Assembly: GCA_013265495.1 (NCBI GenBank)
Contig: MU058257.1
Location: 1 to 64,000, forward strand
DNA length: 64,000 nt
Source: Vicugna vicugna
Taxonomy: Eukaryota
Direction: 5' to 3'
The notes under the pieces are model-generated. The model worked only from the letters and a program-made list of their open reading frames with translations. It made no database searches and had not been told where the DNA came from. Below are positions 11,062-23,205 of the stretch, piece by piece; position 1 is the first letter of the stretch, and every line of letters begins with the position of its first letter. Position numbers and translations under genes: made by a program.

Positions 11062-11609
11062 TTTGCAGTCTTCCCTAGAGCAGAGGAGAAAACCCTCGAT
11101 TGCAAGGGGGTATGCTTAGGTCTGGGACTTGCGTTCTGTTTGAGTTTGCCTTTCACAGGCTGCTTGCTTTTCCTGGTGGACGGCCTCTGCCCCGTAGGTC
11201 AGACCGTGACTGGGTGTCCCTCATTACACGGAATTTTCTTGCAAGCGGCCAGCAACCTACTGTGAACCTTGCTTGTCTGTGACCACCCTGTCCTTACCCC
11301 GGGGCCTTGTGCTTTGACGGCGTCTCTCATTAGGTGCTCAGCTGGTGCCCTCCAATTTTTTAGTTTTGCTCTCAGCAAAATCTATATGTGTAAATCTAAA
11401 CCAAGTGCATTCTAATTCAGAAGCCAAAAGAGTGCTCACTAGAAGGACAGTCTGGCCTTGTCCAAATCCCGAATAAAGTCAGGCAGGTCAACCAAACACA
11501 GGGGACTTGAAATCAGAAGTCTCCTTCGGATCCCATGGCTGTACCAAACTGTTAAAACAGATTCAACGGAGTCAAGTTTATAGAGCTTGTTGGCTTTATT
11601 CATGCAACC

Positions 11610-12070
11610 GTACCTGTCTGACAAATCTAGTCTTTACAAGAACAGAAATGCAGCTCCAGAAGCAATTCAAACCCCACCTGTCCTTTTTAATCAAGCCCCA
11701 GACATCTTCTATTCATCTCAGAAGGCTTGCAGCTATTGTAAAATACCTGGGTTTAGGGGGGAAAGTCCTTGGAAGAAATTCCATTCTTTTCCTGTGCCTC
11801 TGCGATGTGAACGTCCACCTGGTCTTTTCCATGAACTCTTATCTAAGCTAGCTCTTAGAAACACAAACTTCAAAGAGGTAATTTTTATCAGAAGCTAAAA
11901 AAAAGAGGAGCAAGGTTATTTGGAACTTAGGCGAATCAAAAATCTTGTGTCTTCTCTACAGTTGAGCAGGTAACCTTAATTTATTCCAACTTCCAGAAAC
12001 GTGATCTGGATCCAACTGTTCTCGTATAAACTAGTGGGTTTTGTATTATCATACCTGCCTTGTGGCTGAG
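11610..12070 (+). mobile_element. ERV internal fragment in opposite orientation to the provirus
   Basis: Its reverse complement aligns by eye to 9050-9650 (excluding the SINE), e.g. TTTCTGGAAGTTGGA..AAGGTTACCTGCTCA and GAGCTGCATTTCTG.TCTTG.AAAGA. Confidence 0.75.
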
Positions 12071-12595
12071 GACAGACATGGAGCCGAGAATTGCTCAGTC
12101 TCTTTCCACCTCCACCTCCTGCTCCCGGCGATCACATTCTCAGGAGGAAGCTGACATCTCTGTAGTGTGAGCGCTGCTTCGCCTTGCTTCAGCATATGCC
12201 CATCTTTGACCAGTGACTGTGGTTCAGGGAGTCTCACTGGCCCCGCTGAGTCACTTGTCCACCCCCAGTGAGGGTAGGGGGTGATGCCCTGGTGGAGAGC
12301 ACCTCCAGGATGATGAGGAGTTAGGGAGGTGACGTATTCTGTTCCTGAACAGGGTGCCAAGGTTAGCCACGCTGGCGTCAGGGGCTGCCCTGGGCTGAGT
12401 AACCAGCCTCCAGGTGACTCCTGGGCCAATCCCAGCCCATTCTTTTATTCACCGAGATGAAGTGTGTTCTTGACCTTGCCCTGAAAGAGCTAGCTTGGGA
12501 TCACTGGAAAAGGGACTGTTTTTCCTAATAATGATCCCTAGTAATGATTTTTGGCTTCAGCACAGTGCTCTGATTGCTTCTTGATACGTAGAAAC

Positions 12596-12821
12596 AGTTG
12601 ACCCTTGAAGAGCACATTTGAGCTGGGTAGGTCCACTAATACGAGGACTTTTTTCCAATATACATGCAGTTGGCCCTGTATATCCGCTGACCTGGACGCT
12701 GCAGATACACAGGGCCAAGTGTACTGCACCATTTAACCATCAGGGACTTGAGAGCATCCTCAGATGTCGGTACCCACGGGGGTCCTGGAACCAGTCCCCT
12801 GCAGATACCAAGGGACCGCTG
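12596..12821. mobile_element. MER2B/Tigger-like TcMar DNA transposon fossil
   Basis: Termini CAGTTGACCCTTGAA ... GATACCAAGGGACCGCTG. Confidence 0.65.
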
Positions 12822-13534
12822 CACCTCTCCCCAACTTACACAGTGATGCACACTTTAAAGGCTTTTTTTTTTAACAGTCTTTTATATATTCTCCTGTATA
12901 TTTTCAATACTTTTTTTTAACATACTCACACAACAATATGTGTTAAAGTAAACAGCATTATTTTAAGACACCATTCAAAATGTCACCTCAGTTTCACTGC
13001 AGGGAAACCTGACGTTTCGAATGTGCTTCCAGGATAGAAGAAAAATCTAGTGACCAGTTATGCCTGAAAGCTCATGGAGGAAAAACCAAGGAACTGTTCT
13101 GAGAACAGAAGCATCCTGAGGAAGCCAGCCTGAGGGTGCTGGGCCTCGGCTGCAGGGAGTCAGCTGAGGGGCTTTGAAAGCTCCAGACACTCAAGCACCC
13201 CAGATCAAGTAAACCAGCAGCTCTGGGGCGGGGCAGGAGTGTTTTGGGGGACGGTTCTCAGGCGATTCCCACATCCAGCCGAGCCTGCGGACCACTGCGT
13301 GTTAGTTCCATCTTCCTCCTGCAGAGATGTTCGAGGTTTAGGTCCCCTTTACGTGGACTTTTCCCCGTCTGGGAGAGCCTTCTGTAAACCCAGCACTGCG
13401 TCAGGTCTAGCTCCCCCTGAAGAGGGAAGATCACTGACCACATCGGGCCCCGCATACTCACGTGCTTCTGGATGCAGGCTGGCGAGTGTCATTCCCCCGC
13501 TGACTGTCTCGTCTCCTTCTTGGATTCCCTGCAG

Positions 13535-13637
13535 GAGCTACAGTGATAGCTGCTTCCTGGATTCCTCCCTCTATCCAGAGCTAGCAGACGTCCAGTGGTA
13601 CGGGCAGGAGAAAGCCAAGCCCGGGACCCTCGTGTGA
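13535..13637 (+). CDS. FRMD4A: FRMD4A terminal exon, alternative coding tail (G)SYSDSCFLDSSLYPELADVQWYGQEKAKPGTLV*
   Basis: Acceptor tctcgtctccttcttggattccctgcag ending at 13534. In frame with the phase-2 donor at 2057; TGA at 13635-13637. Confidence 0.8.
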
Positions 13638-16600
13638 GCCAGCCGGCCTCAATCTGACCGCCTCAACGCCATTCTGAGATCACCTCACTGCCTCTCATTT
13701 GCCTTACCCAGACACACACTGTCACCCTGCACCAGCTTCGGCCCTCAGCACTTTTCTTCTCCCGTCTCCGCATCCCCTCACCCTCAAAAAACCTGACTGA
13801 GGAGACATTCTGGAAGGTTCCGGTCCCACTGTGTGTTCCCTGGCTCTCCTGTCCAGAGAGCCAGGCTCCAATCCTCGATGGCGCCTTGGTGGCTCCCCCC
13901 ACCGTGACAGCCCCCAGGCCAGGAACCATCAGGGAAGCTGCTGGCATCAAATTCCTGTGGACAAGCGGCCTTGGTGGAGAACAGGAAGGGGGACTGAAGT
14001 ACAGGGTGATCCAGAAAGACGACGACAGCTGTGGCCAGCCCACCACCCGCAGGCCAGCCAAGCGCCTCGGGAAGAGGATGCCTCGTGGGAACATTCAGCT
14101 GAAATTTCTCCTGGGAGGGAGTGGCTGTTGGGGGAGGGGGGATGAAAAAAGGAAGCTGAACACGTCAGAGATGCATAAGGATCACAATCAGTTCTATGCT
14201 GCCAAAGATTTTAAAAATTCACAAATAAAAACAAAAAAATTAAGAGGGGCCAAGAGGAAGACATTCTTTCTGCAATGAAATCTCTGAAATTCTCCACTGC
14301 TACCACACCCCACAAGTGAAAGTCAACTGTCTGTGAAGTGTTTCCCCTCTTGTCCCTTAACATGCCACCTCCCCTCTCAGTCGAGAGCCTGAAAAACTTA
14401 CCCAGGGTGATGCTCAAGCTGGGGGAGCCGCAACGGGCACCGCTGACCTGAGCTCCGTGAGCCTGGGCCCGGGGGAGGGCAGGCCCAGGGAGTGGCAGCG
14501 TGCACGCTCAGCCCTGTGCGGGGCTTCGGCTCAGACACAGAGCTGCTCTCCTTTGGGGATTTGTAGGAAACTTAAGGTGATGCTTGCCAAAAGCGGTTCT
14601 CTCTCATTAAAACAACCAGTAAAAGTGTATCCTATTTTTTCGCACAAGGTGTTTCATTTTCTTTTTTACGGGAAACCAAGGGAAAAAGCACATTGCGATC
14701 CATTCGAGTGTTTAACTGTTGTGGCCCATTTTCTGTTTGTGAGCACTGGTGGGACAAAGAGCTCAGGTCCGACTCCTCTCGGCACCCAGTCACCAGTGTG
14801 GCACTTATTCCAAGAACCCAACTGTGCCCGCGTGTCGACTAGCCGGCAGGCAGAGCAGGGTTGGAAAAAATGATCAGCTCCCAGAGGGCCCACGTGCCTC
14901 CACTAGCAGCAGCCACCTGGAAGGACCGCCTGGTCTGCAGGCACCCAAAGCGGAAGGGCGAGAGAGGAAGGTGTGTGGGGGCTGCACGTTTACATGTGTT
15001 TTGAGCTATGCTTGATACACAACTGGAAAGCCATCAATCCTCAAAGGCCTCAAAAATACTTTTATAGTGGTAACAAATGCACACTCTTAGTTGGGTTATT
15101 TCAATGGCACAACACAATCTCCACAGAGGTGGTACGCTGTGCTTACCGGCGCAACTGGGGTGGGTGGGGTTTTGTTTTGTTTTGTTTTTTCACTTGTAAT
15201 GACTTCCTATTGGAAAGGCATTGGCCAGCAAGGGACAGGAGCCGGGGTGGGGGCAGCTTCGTGGACAAGCAGAACTGAAGTTAGCTTTAGCGTAAAAAAG
15301 AAAAATTTTTTGGTTTTATTCATGTATATGTGATCCAAGAGTAACAGTAGACTCTACCAGACCAGGGGGGTAAGAATGAACAGGAAAATAAAATCAAAAA
15401 CCATGGGGCTCCCCCTGCTGCAGCTCGAAAAGCACCGTGGGGGGGTCTCTGGGGGCCCCCAGCAGGCGGGGGGCCAGTCTGGACTGTCCAGGGCCTGGGT
15501 TCCCCGGCTCTGTGCAGCTGGGTTGGTGATACCAGCTTGCAGAAGGGACTAATGTTCACTGAAGACTTTAGGGGTAAACCCTGCAGGATAGATCACACTG
15601 ATTATAATGTTATTACATGATTTGGGGGATGGGGGTGGCTACTGCTCTTATTTTGATGGTCAGAGCTACAAACAGCAGGTTTTTCTCCTTTCCCATTTGG
15701 AAACATTTATATATTAGGCCATATTCTTTCTCCCAAAAGACGATGCATGAATAATCAAACTGAACTCTGTGCCACCGGAAAAGTCGAAAGGGAAACAGCG
15801 GCTGCAGGTTGTATAATACAACACGGACCGTAGTCTGAAATCAAGTCTGAAGTCAGTCGATCAAGTTTCCAGCCCAGCTGGGTTATGAATAGGAATGAGA
15901 GACGCAAATTCTTTCTCAACACTTGGGTTTTGGATTCGGGAGGCAGGAAGGAATGGAGCTGGGGGAGGGGGCGGAATTACAGTTCAAACATCGTGATAGT
16001 CTGGTAGTGAAGACGGAGATTAAGTAAAACAGGTTTTACTGTTGAGCTGCATTCAGTTACTACAAGATGTACAGAAAGTGTTGGTCCTTTGAGGCCAACA
16101 CGATAAACGATCAGCGTGGTGGAAAAATGAAAGTTACTGTATACGAGCACTTGCAAGCTCTTTAAGATCCCTATTTCTTCAAAGCGAATTAAGGTGAAGC
16201 ATGAAACCCCTGGTCTGACGCAGCGCCCCTGCTGGATTCTCTGGATGCGTGTGAGAAATCGTCCAGCCAGGGGCCTGGTGAGAGCACCTCTTCATCAGAC
16301 TCAGTTGGGAGACAGGCAGGCTTTTAATTCTATTACACGCAGCTGAGTGTTGACCCTTAAAATTCCAGTCTGTTTTCATTCAGTATTAGTTTAGTTCTCC
16401 ATAGAGCAGACCCCACCCAGGTGCTATCAGACGACCAGTTACTGCTTAATTAACTAGGTGTAAAGTTTTACATATACATTAATGTCAATAGTTTATTACA
16501 AGTTGTGGAAAATGGACTCTAGTTTAATAACGGGGAGACAAGGATTAGGCTGCTCCTGAAACTGACTGTAGAGCATGGAAAATGATTTTACTGGATTCTG

Positions 16601-16760
16601 TTCAACTGTAATCAATGACAAAGATGTATGTTGTAGACAAAGTTGCAGAATTAAAAAGAAATCTGCTTTTAATTTATTCTTTTTGTATTAAGAATTTGTA
16701 TAGTACCTTTACATTTTGCAAAACAGTGTTGTCAACACTTATTAAAGCATTTTCAAAATG
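13638..16760 (+). other. FRMD4A: FRMD4A 3' UTR
   Basis: Follows the terminal acceptor, lacks recognisable interspersed repeats, and has an AU-rich distal end with ATTAAA hexamers. Confidence 0.75.
16741..16746 (+). terminator. Polyadenylation signal ATTAAA (second candidate at 16650-16655)
   Basis: ATTAAA after a U-rich/UGUA-containing stretch, with GU/U-rich sequence downstream. Confidence 0.65.
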
Positions 16761-18519
16761 AAAAAAGATCTCCGTTGCCTCTTGGACATTCTGTTTCTAA
16801 CTGATAAATGCCTGCCTAGGCTCCGGGAATCTGTACTTTGGTCTCCTGTGCCATCGGGCTCACGTTTAAGGTCAGTCTGTGTAGATGATCTTACTGGCTT
16901 GCTCCGTGACGTAGACTAGCTCGGGTTGTCCAGCAGAGGCTAGTTCTTTCTCTAGTTTCCTTCTGTTAATTATACAAAGGTAACAGTCTCTGGTATTTCT
17001 TCTCTTACAAAAAGGTCCTGAGGGGAGGGCTCAGCCTTTGCTAGGGTGCCATTTTAGGATCTGTATCACTGTTCATGACAAACAGGGCCTCGTGTGCGGT
17101 ACGTGCTAGGCTGGGTACTGTTCCCACAGAACAGTCCAACGTGGAAGAAACGCTGAGGGCATCTGGACTCTTGGGTCATCCTTTGTCTCGTGTGGTCCCT
17201 GCTTCTGGGTAGGACACAAAGGGCCGACTGGGGAGACAGACAGACCACTGCTGTTCGTCTTATCAGCTCAAACAGTCACCCACCCTCTAAATCCCATCAC
17301 CAAGGCAACAGCCCGCTGGGCCTGCAGGTACAAAAGTCCCACACTGATGGGCAGATCGGTGACTGGCTGACTTTGTGGAGCTTTTTGCTATAACTGCATC
17401 CCTGGTTCCTAACCTACCATGCATCTCTTCACTAGCACGAAGGTAGAAATCTGGCCGACAACAGCATCCCTGGATGGAAGGCCCCCGCTGAATGAAGCAG
17501 CTGCCTCCAGCGCGGGCTAACCCCTGCCCCAGAGGGAAACAAGCCGCCAAGAACGCGCAGCAAGCACATCTGGAAGCCAGCCCATCAGGACCGCGTCTTG
17601 TACTTCCTAAGCCTGTCCTTGGCAAAGCAGCCAGGGCCTCTGTATTGAGAGGATCAACACTGATTTCAAACAAATAGGGCTTCTGTAAGTCTTTACACGT
17701 AAATATGTCGCCACTCAGGAAATAAACCTGCGATCTCGTTAAGTGCTCGCACATGGAAGCAACCAGCCCACAGGAGGCTGGGGCTTCCCGGCTCTCTCCC
17801 ACTCTCCTACCTTTCCCCACACATGCGGGCACGCGCACAAACACGCGCTCCCCTTAACGTCGTGCCAACAAGGCCATTCCAAAAAGCCGTCATTAGAGAA
17901 CACTAAATACCCGACTCCAGTAGAAAGCACTAAAACCTGCCAGGCCTTCCCTCCCTTCCCCCCAGAATATCAGTTCAAAAAGGCTGAGACATAAAATCCT
18001 AGAAGGAGGAGCACTAGAGAACCAGGGACGTGGGCCACGGGCAGGCAGAGGGCTGCGGTGGGGTCTTCCATTCACTGCTCGCCCTGGGACGGGTCCAGGT
18101 CTCGCGAAGCTTACACCCTCGTGGACTAGACAGCCAGGCACACGACCACGACGTCAGCAGAAATGAGGTCGCCAGCATTAAACAGAAGGGAGAGCGTGAA
18201 ATGAGCCCCACGGACAAGAGATCGGCAGGCGTGTACACCGGACCTCTCACTCCTCTCCCGTGCAAGAGAAAAGGCCGGAGAACGCGCAGAGGTATGGCCT
18301 CTAACTCTGCACAAAGTCACTCCCCCAGCACGCTCGGACCTATCCAGGTAGGAGCGGAAGGGCCAGGACTGCAATTCCCGAGCATCAGCAGAGAGCAGGT
18401 TTACTGAGAGGCCCTACATGTGTAACTGCACCGAGATTCTTGAAATATCAGAAACCCATTTTTCTCTCCATAAATGTTTACCCCCACAAATGAGTAGGTC
18501 CCTTTTTTCACTCATTCAT

Positions 18520-19170
18520 CCACTTTCCATAAAACTCCAATTGTGCTTCCAGTCCTCCCACTCTACCAAAAGGCCTCTTGTCAGGGTCAAGGCTGACTCC
18601 CCACAACGCCAAGCCCAAGGGTCAAGTCTCTGTTCCCGTGTTATGTGACTTACCAGCAGCTCTGGACACAGCTGACCCCTCCTGCTGCCTTCACTGAAAC
18701 ACTCTCCGCACCTGGATTCCAGGACAGCGCGTTCTCCAGGTTTCCCTCCTCATCCCAGCCAGGACTCCTCCTTCCAATCGCCCTCGATGATTTTCTTCAT
18801 CTCCTTAAGGTCCCAGCACTGGGGTGTCCCAGAGTTCAGTTCCAGAAGCCTCTTCATTGTCCGCAGTCACTTCCTGTAGCTCTCACCTTGGCCTAAAGTT
18901 TTAAATGTCATCTATATGCTGATGACACCTATGTTTATCCCTAGACCCTGGACCTCCTCTCTGCAACTTGTACACCCTCTGGCCCACTCAACATCTCCAC
19001 GTGGCGTCTAACACACTAACACGTCCAGAACTGAACTTCTGACCTTCCCTCCAAACCGGCTTCCTCAGCTCAGTTGCAGGCAATCCCAGTCTCCCAGGGT
19101 TGAGGCCAAAACCCTTGGATTCACCCACGATGACTTTCTTTCTCACCTCATGTCTGCAGTGCACGTGAAA
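18520..19170 (+). mobile_element. L2 LINE fragment
   Basis: Pyrimidine-rich; TATGCTGATGAC (YADD) at about 18914; ACTCAACATCTCCAC.TGG..GTCTAA typical of L2. Confidence 0.65.
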
Positions 19171-21239
19171 TCCTTGCCCTTAGGAGATTTATATTCCATT
19201 GGGGGTGGAGGGAGGGAGAAAATAAAAAGTAAAGTACATAACACATCAGAAGATGGTAAGAAAGCAAGCAAGGTCGGTCAGTGGAAGATTTAGCCTCTGA
19301 CAGGGGAAGGAACAACTCTTCCGCCAAGTAAGGTAAGAAAAGTTGGTGAGTGTGGAGGTAGAAATAACCGTAAGCTTGCCTCCATGTTCAACCTGGTGTG
19401 AGAAAAGGCAGGTGAGGCCACCCTCCAAGTGGAGAGGGGTAAGGTATCAGGGTAGGGCGAGCAGAGTCACAGGTGAGGACAGCCCGGGAGAAATGGCGGC
19501 TGGAGAGTGACCTCCACCCAGCCGGCCCTGGACACTTGGTGGTACGAAGTCCCCTCCAGCGGCACTGAGGACAAGGAGACCAATGGAAGGACCTGGACTT
19601 GGGTTTTGTTGTGTGATATGGCAGAAAGACAGAAGGGGAAGAGAGCCCATGGCCCTGGTGAGAGGTGAAATGATGGAAACAGGATGGAGATGAACTGCAG
19701 AGAAAAGCAAAGCCAAGAAGGTGCCGGTGAGGTGGAAGAAAGCAGAGGAAGGAATGGACACAAGGTCTTGGGAGAGACTGAGGAAAAGCAGAGCGGGAAT
19801 GAAGGAGTGAGGGAGCAAGGACACGGCTTCCCGACCAGGCAGTGGGTAAAACACTGGTTTTCCCATCATCTCAGTTACCCGCGCACATGGTGGACCACAT
19901 GATGGAGGAGGAAAGTCCACACGCACTAGTGGGAAGCCACTCGGAGCTTGGGGCTGCCAGGAGAGGGAGGCTCTGGCTGCCTGTGGGATCAGGAGGCCAA
20001 GACTGCTCCCATTATTTTAACAGAAATGACTTAATATAAAGGGTTGTTAAAACAGACAGTGAAGAGGAGACAGCAGAAAGGGGATGCTGAGATATCACAG
20101 AGACCATCACCACAGGAAGCAGTTGCCACTCTCAGGGCAGGGAAACCAAGGCACGGGACTAGGAGAAGCTGGAAGCCGGAAGGAAGCGCTGGAGTGGGTA
20201 CCGGCTAATCAGGAACTTGGCAGGACCCGGCAGAGCCGGGATTCAACCGTCTGAAGAGGGGTGCCAGCTGAGGGAGCCGGGACCTTTGAGCGGCAAGAGG
20301 ACGCTGGTTCTACCAAAGTATGGAAACCTGTGAGCCAGAACCATCTCCTCCTCCAGAATGAACTGTCTCTGCGGGGCCGCAGACCCAGGGCCGGGCCATC
20401 CCCGTCAGGGACAGGAAGCAGACACGGAGGAACAGATCCCTTCTTCCCCTCTCCAGGTCCCACCTGCCCCACGATCAGTAGAACCTAACAAAAAGCCAGT
20501 CAGCAAAGGAGAAGTATGGTTGGCAGAGTCTCATCACAAAGCAGGGTGTGGCAGGTGTAGCAGAGATGCTGCCAGTCAAAAAAATTTTTTCTTTATAAAG
20601 GACAAAAAACATGTACCTCTTCAGCCCATGTGAGTGTCATGCAGGTCATTGTTTTAGAAGAAACTGTGTAGTTAATAATAGGTCAAAGCATATCAAGATA
20701 CTTTGCCCAAAGTGATGAAATCACAATCGGGCATTTTCTCAAATATTTTTCACATCTCTCTCAAAGTCATTTGTCACTCCAGTGGAGATTTGGGAATAAC
20801 ACAAGAGACAAGAGCTGGATGCTTCTGTCCAACAGAGTGACAAGAATCTCCACTACGGGCCAGAAGCACTCCTCTCGGCCTCTGTCTGCTCTAAAACCCT
20901 GGTGGCCTTTGAACTGCCTTTGACATCCGTTTCATTAGTGGCTTTCCTGCAGGTGAAATGCCCTGGTGCCAACATCCAGAGAGCTCATTCAAATGAAAGC
21001 TGTTGTATTTACGTCTGTCTTATTAGGTTGTGGCAAAGTCAGGTCCTGCTCCAGTTGAGGTAGCTGTGACCTCAGACCACCAGGACACACTTGCTACAAG
21101 CCCCAAGGACGCCAAAAGCCAGGAACTCTGAGCAATGTGCATACTGCTCAGGGAATGAAGTCAGCAGGACAGATGGAAACACAACTGCAGGGGCTTCCTC
21201 CATACTCTTCTCCCAGAACATGAGGCCCAGGGGAGTAGC

Positions 21240-21630
21240 GGTGATGGCTAATTTTATAGGTCACCTTTGACTAGGACACAGGGTGCCCAGATGTCTGGCT
21301 AAACACTATTCCGGTGTCTGTGAGGGTGTCTCTGGATGAGATTAACATTTGAATCAGTGAACTGACTAAAGCAGACGGCCCTCCCCCATGTGGGTGGGCC
21401 TCACCCAAACAGAAGGTGGGGTGAGGGAGCGTTCTCTGCCTGACCACGGTGCTGGTCCTCTCCTGCCCTCAAGCTGGGACTTACACAGCAGCTGTCCTGG
21501 TCTCAAGCCTTTGGATTCTGACTGGAATTTATACTACTGAGTCTCAGCCTCCGTCACCACATGAAACAATTCCACATAGATATAAAAAGCCTCCTACTGG
21601 TTCTGTTTCTCTGGAGAACCCTAGCTAGGT
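21240..21630 (+). mobile_element. MLT2 (ERVL) solo LTR
   Basis: TGATGGCTAATTTTAT...GGGTGCCCAGAT...GGATGAGATTAACATTTGAATC...TGGTTCTGTTTCTCTGGAGAACCCT. Confidence 0.75.
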
Positions 21631-22549
21631 TTGTATAGTGATGCCACGATGCCATTGAAGACCTAACTCTGCCCTCTGTAGCATGTGTCTCCCGTTGTCC
21701 AGACTGCAGGCTGGCTACAAAGCACTTAAGTATCATAGCCACTTCCAAGAAAGGAGAGAGAAAGGGCAACAAGTCTGTTAACTAAGTCTTTTTATTTTTT
21801 TCCAAGAAAAGCACCAGCTTTCCTGGAAGTCCCACCCAAAAGGCTCATGTGACTGCTGGGCCTGTCACACAACCAACTCTAACTTCCAAGGGTCCTAGGA
21901 GAGCAAGTAGCTTCAACAGTGCACACGGCAGCTCTGAACAAAGTCGGGCTGCTACAATGAAGACAGGATGAGCAGCTGGCAGTGTCTGCACCACACACGT
22001 GGCACATACACTTGTAGACCGGAGGAAGAAAAGTAAGAACCAAGTCTTAACAAGACAATAATATAATAAATCTATAAAGTTTAACAAAAATACAAAAACA
22101 CACAATTTCCTCTTCTCTCAAATCCTATACTCAGGCATGCTATTATGAAAAGATTGAGTCACATGATTTGATTTGTATAAAATCTGGCAAAGACAGTTGA
22201 CAAAGGTTATGTCACCAGCTGAGCTAGTTACAAGATCACCTCCCCGCGCACACAAAGCCCAGCACCAAGGCGAGCCCCAGCGCGGGGGGGCACTTGCGAT
22301 ACAGTCCAGCAGAGGACTCAGGGCCAGAATACACAGAGAACAATGTCAGTAAGAAGGCGGCAGGCAGTTCAATAGGGAAAAAAAGGACAAAAATAAAACC
22401 TTGAACAGAAACTCTGCAAAAGTTAATATCCAAATGGCCACTAAGTATACACGAAAATTGCTCAACTTTATTTGTCCTCAGCGAAATGCAAATTAAAACC
22501 ACAAAATGTAACCATTTTAACCCACTGTAAGAGCTGAACTCCTTAGAAG

Positions 22550-23124
22550 ATGAAAGCAAGCTTTAAAATGCAAGAAAAATAACCCTTAACAGTAATAACA
22601 TTTACATTCAAATCTATTGCAAGATCGCAAAAGTTCAGCCACAGTTAAGGACTATTAAGTTTCATTAAATGGTTCCACATTTTTGTTGAAAAATATAAAA
22701 ATATTTTCCTATAAATACTACATAAAAGGCAATGTGAAAATTACCACATTTTACAGAAATAATTTAAGTCCATCTTCAAATGTTCCTTTTTAACCCTCTA
22801 ACTGCAACTTTCAAGTCTAGAGGGAAAAAGTCATTTAAAACCCCACTCTGTGACTCTTGTCTACACATTTAAATTACGGGGGAAAGTCTTTAGAACTTAA
22901 TTTTTCAACTATTTAAAATAAAAGCAAGACATAAAAATCATTTTACAGTCGGATGTGTCATGAGAGCCAAGACAGTTCTTAAAACCAAGAGTTGCCTTAG
23001 GTAGAAGTCAGAGGCCAGAAACTTTCTTCTTCTTCCCTGGTTCCTGTTGCTAATTGCTAATTGCGGAAGTCCGTGCCCTGCTTCCTTAGGCTTCCTGGCG
23101 ATATTTACACACCACTCACAGCTC
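22550..23124 (-). other. PRPF18: PRPF18 3' UTR (distal end approximate)
   Basis: AT-rich unique sequence after the stop, bounded by an L1-like remnant near 22400-22540. No canonical AATAAA seen at the presumed end. Confidence 0.55.
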
Positions 23125-23205
23125 TCACAGTGCATTGTACTCCACACATTTTGATGGATCTGTAGGAAAGTGCTTCTGGCAAATGGTCATTAACCTCTTC
23201 AATCC
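23125..23205 (-). CDS. PRPF18: PRPF18 exon 10 coding part (GLKRLMTICQKHFPTDPSKCVEYNAL*)
   Basis: TAG acceptor; TGA at 23127-23125. The ten exons sum to 342 aa. Confidence 0.96.
   Translation of the reverse strand, partial: GLKRLMTICQKHFPTDPSKCVEYNAL

Larger units (their letters stand above)
6039..11605 (-). mobile_element. Decayed class I (ERV1) provirus, MER89/MER4-group-like
   Basis: 3' LTR 6039-6407 (TG...CA) preceded by a polypurine tract; env TM, integrase C-terminus and gag MA remnants in proviral order; PBS-like sequence at 11546-11525; matching LTR end at 11550. Family name from memory only. Confidence 0.85.

Noticed and set aside
13239..13534. 5' part of ORF 13239..13637 as coding
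   Set aside because: It lies upstream of the acceptor at 13534 and starts at a non-ATG codon; only the last 103 nt are exonic.
17287..17844. 185-aa ORF, the longest in the window
   Set aside because: No recognisable homology or gene structure; GC-rich intergenic chance ORF.
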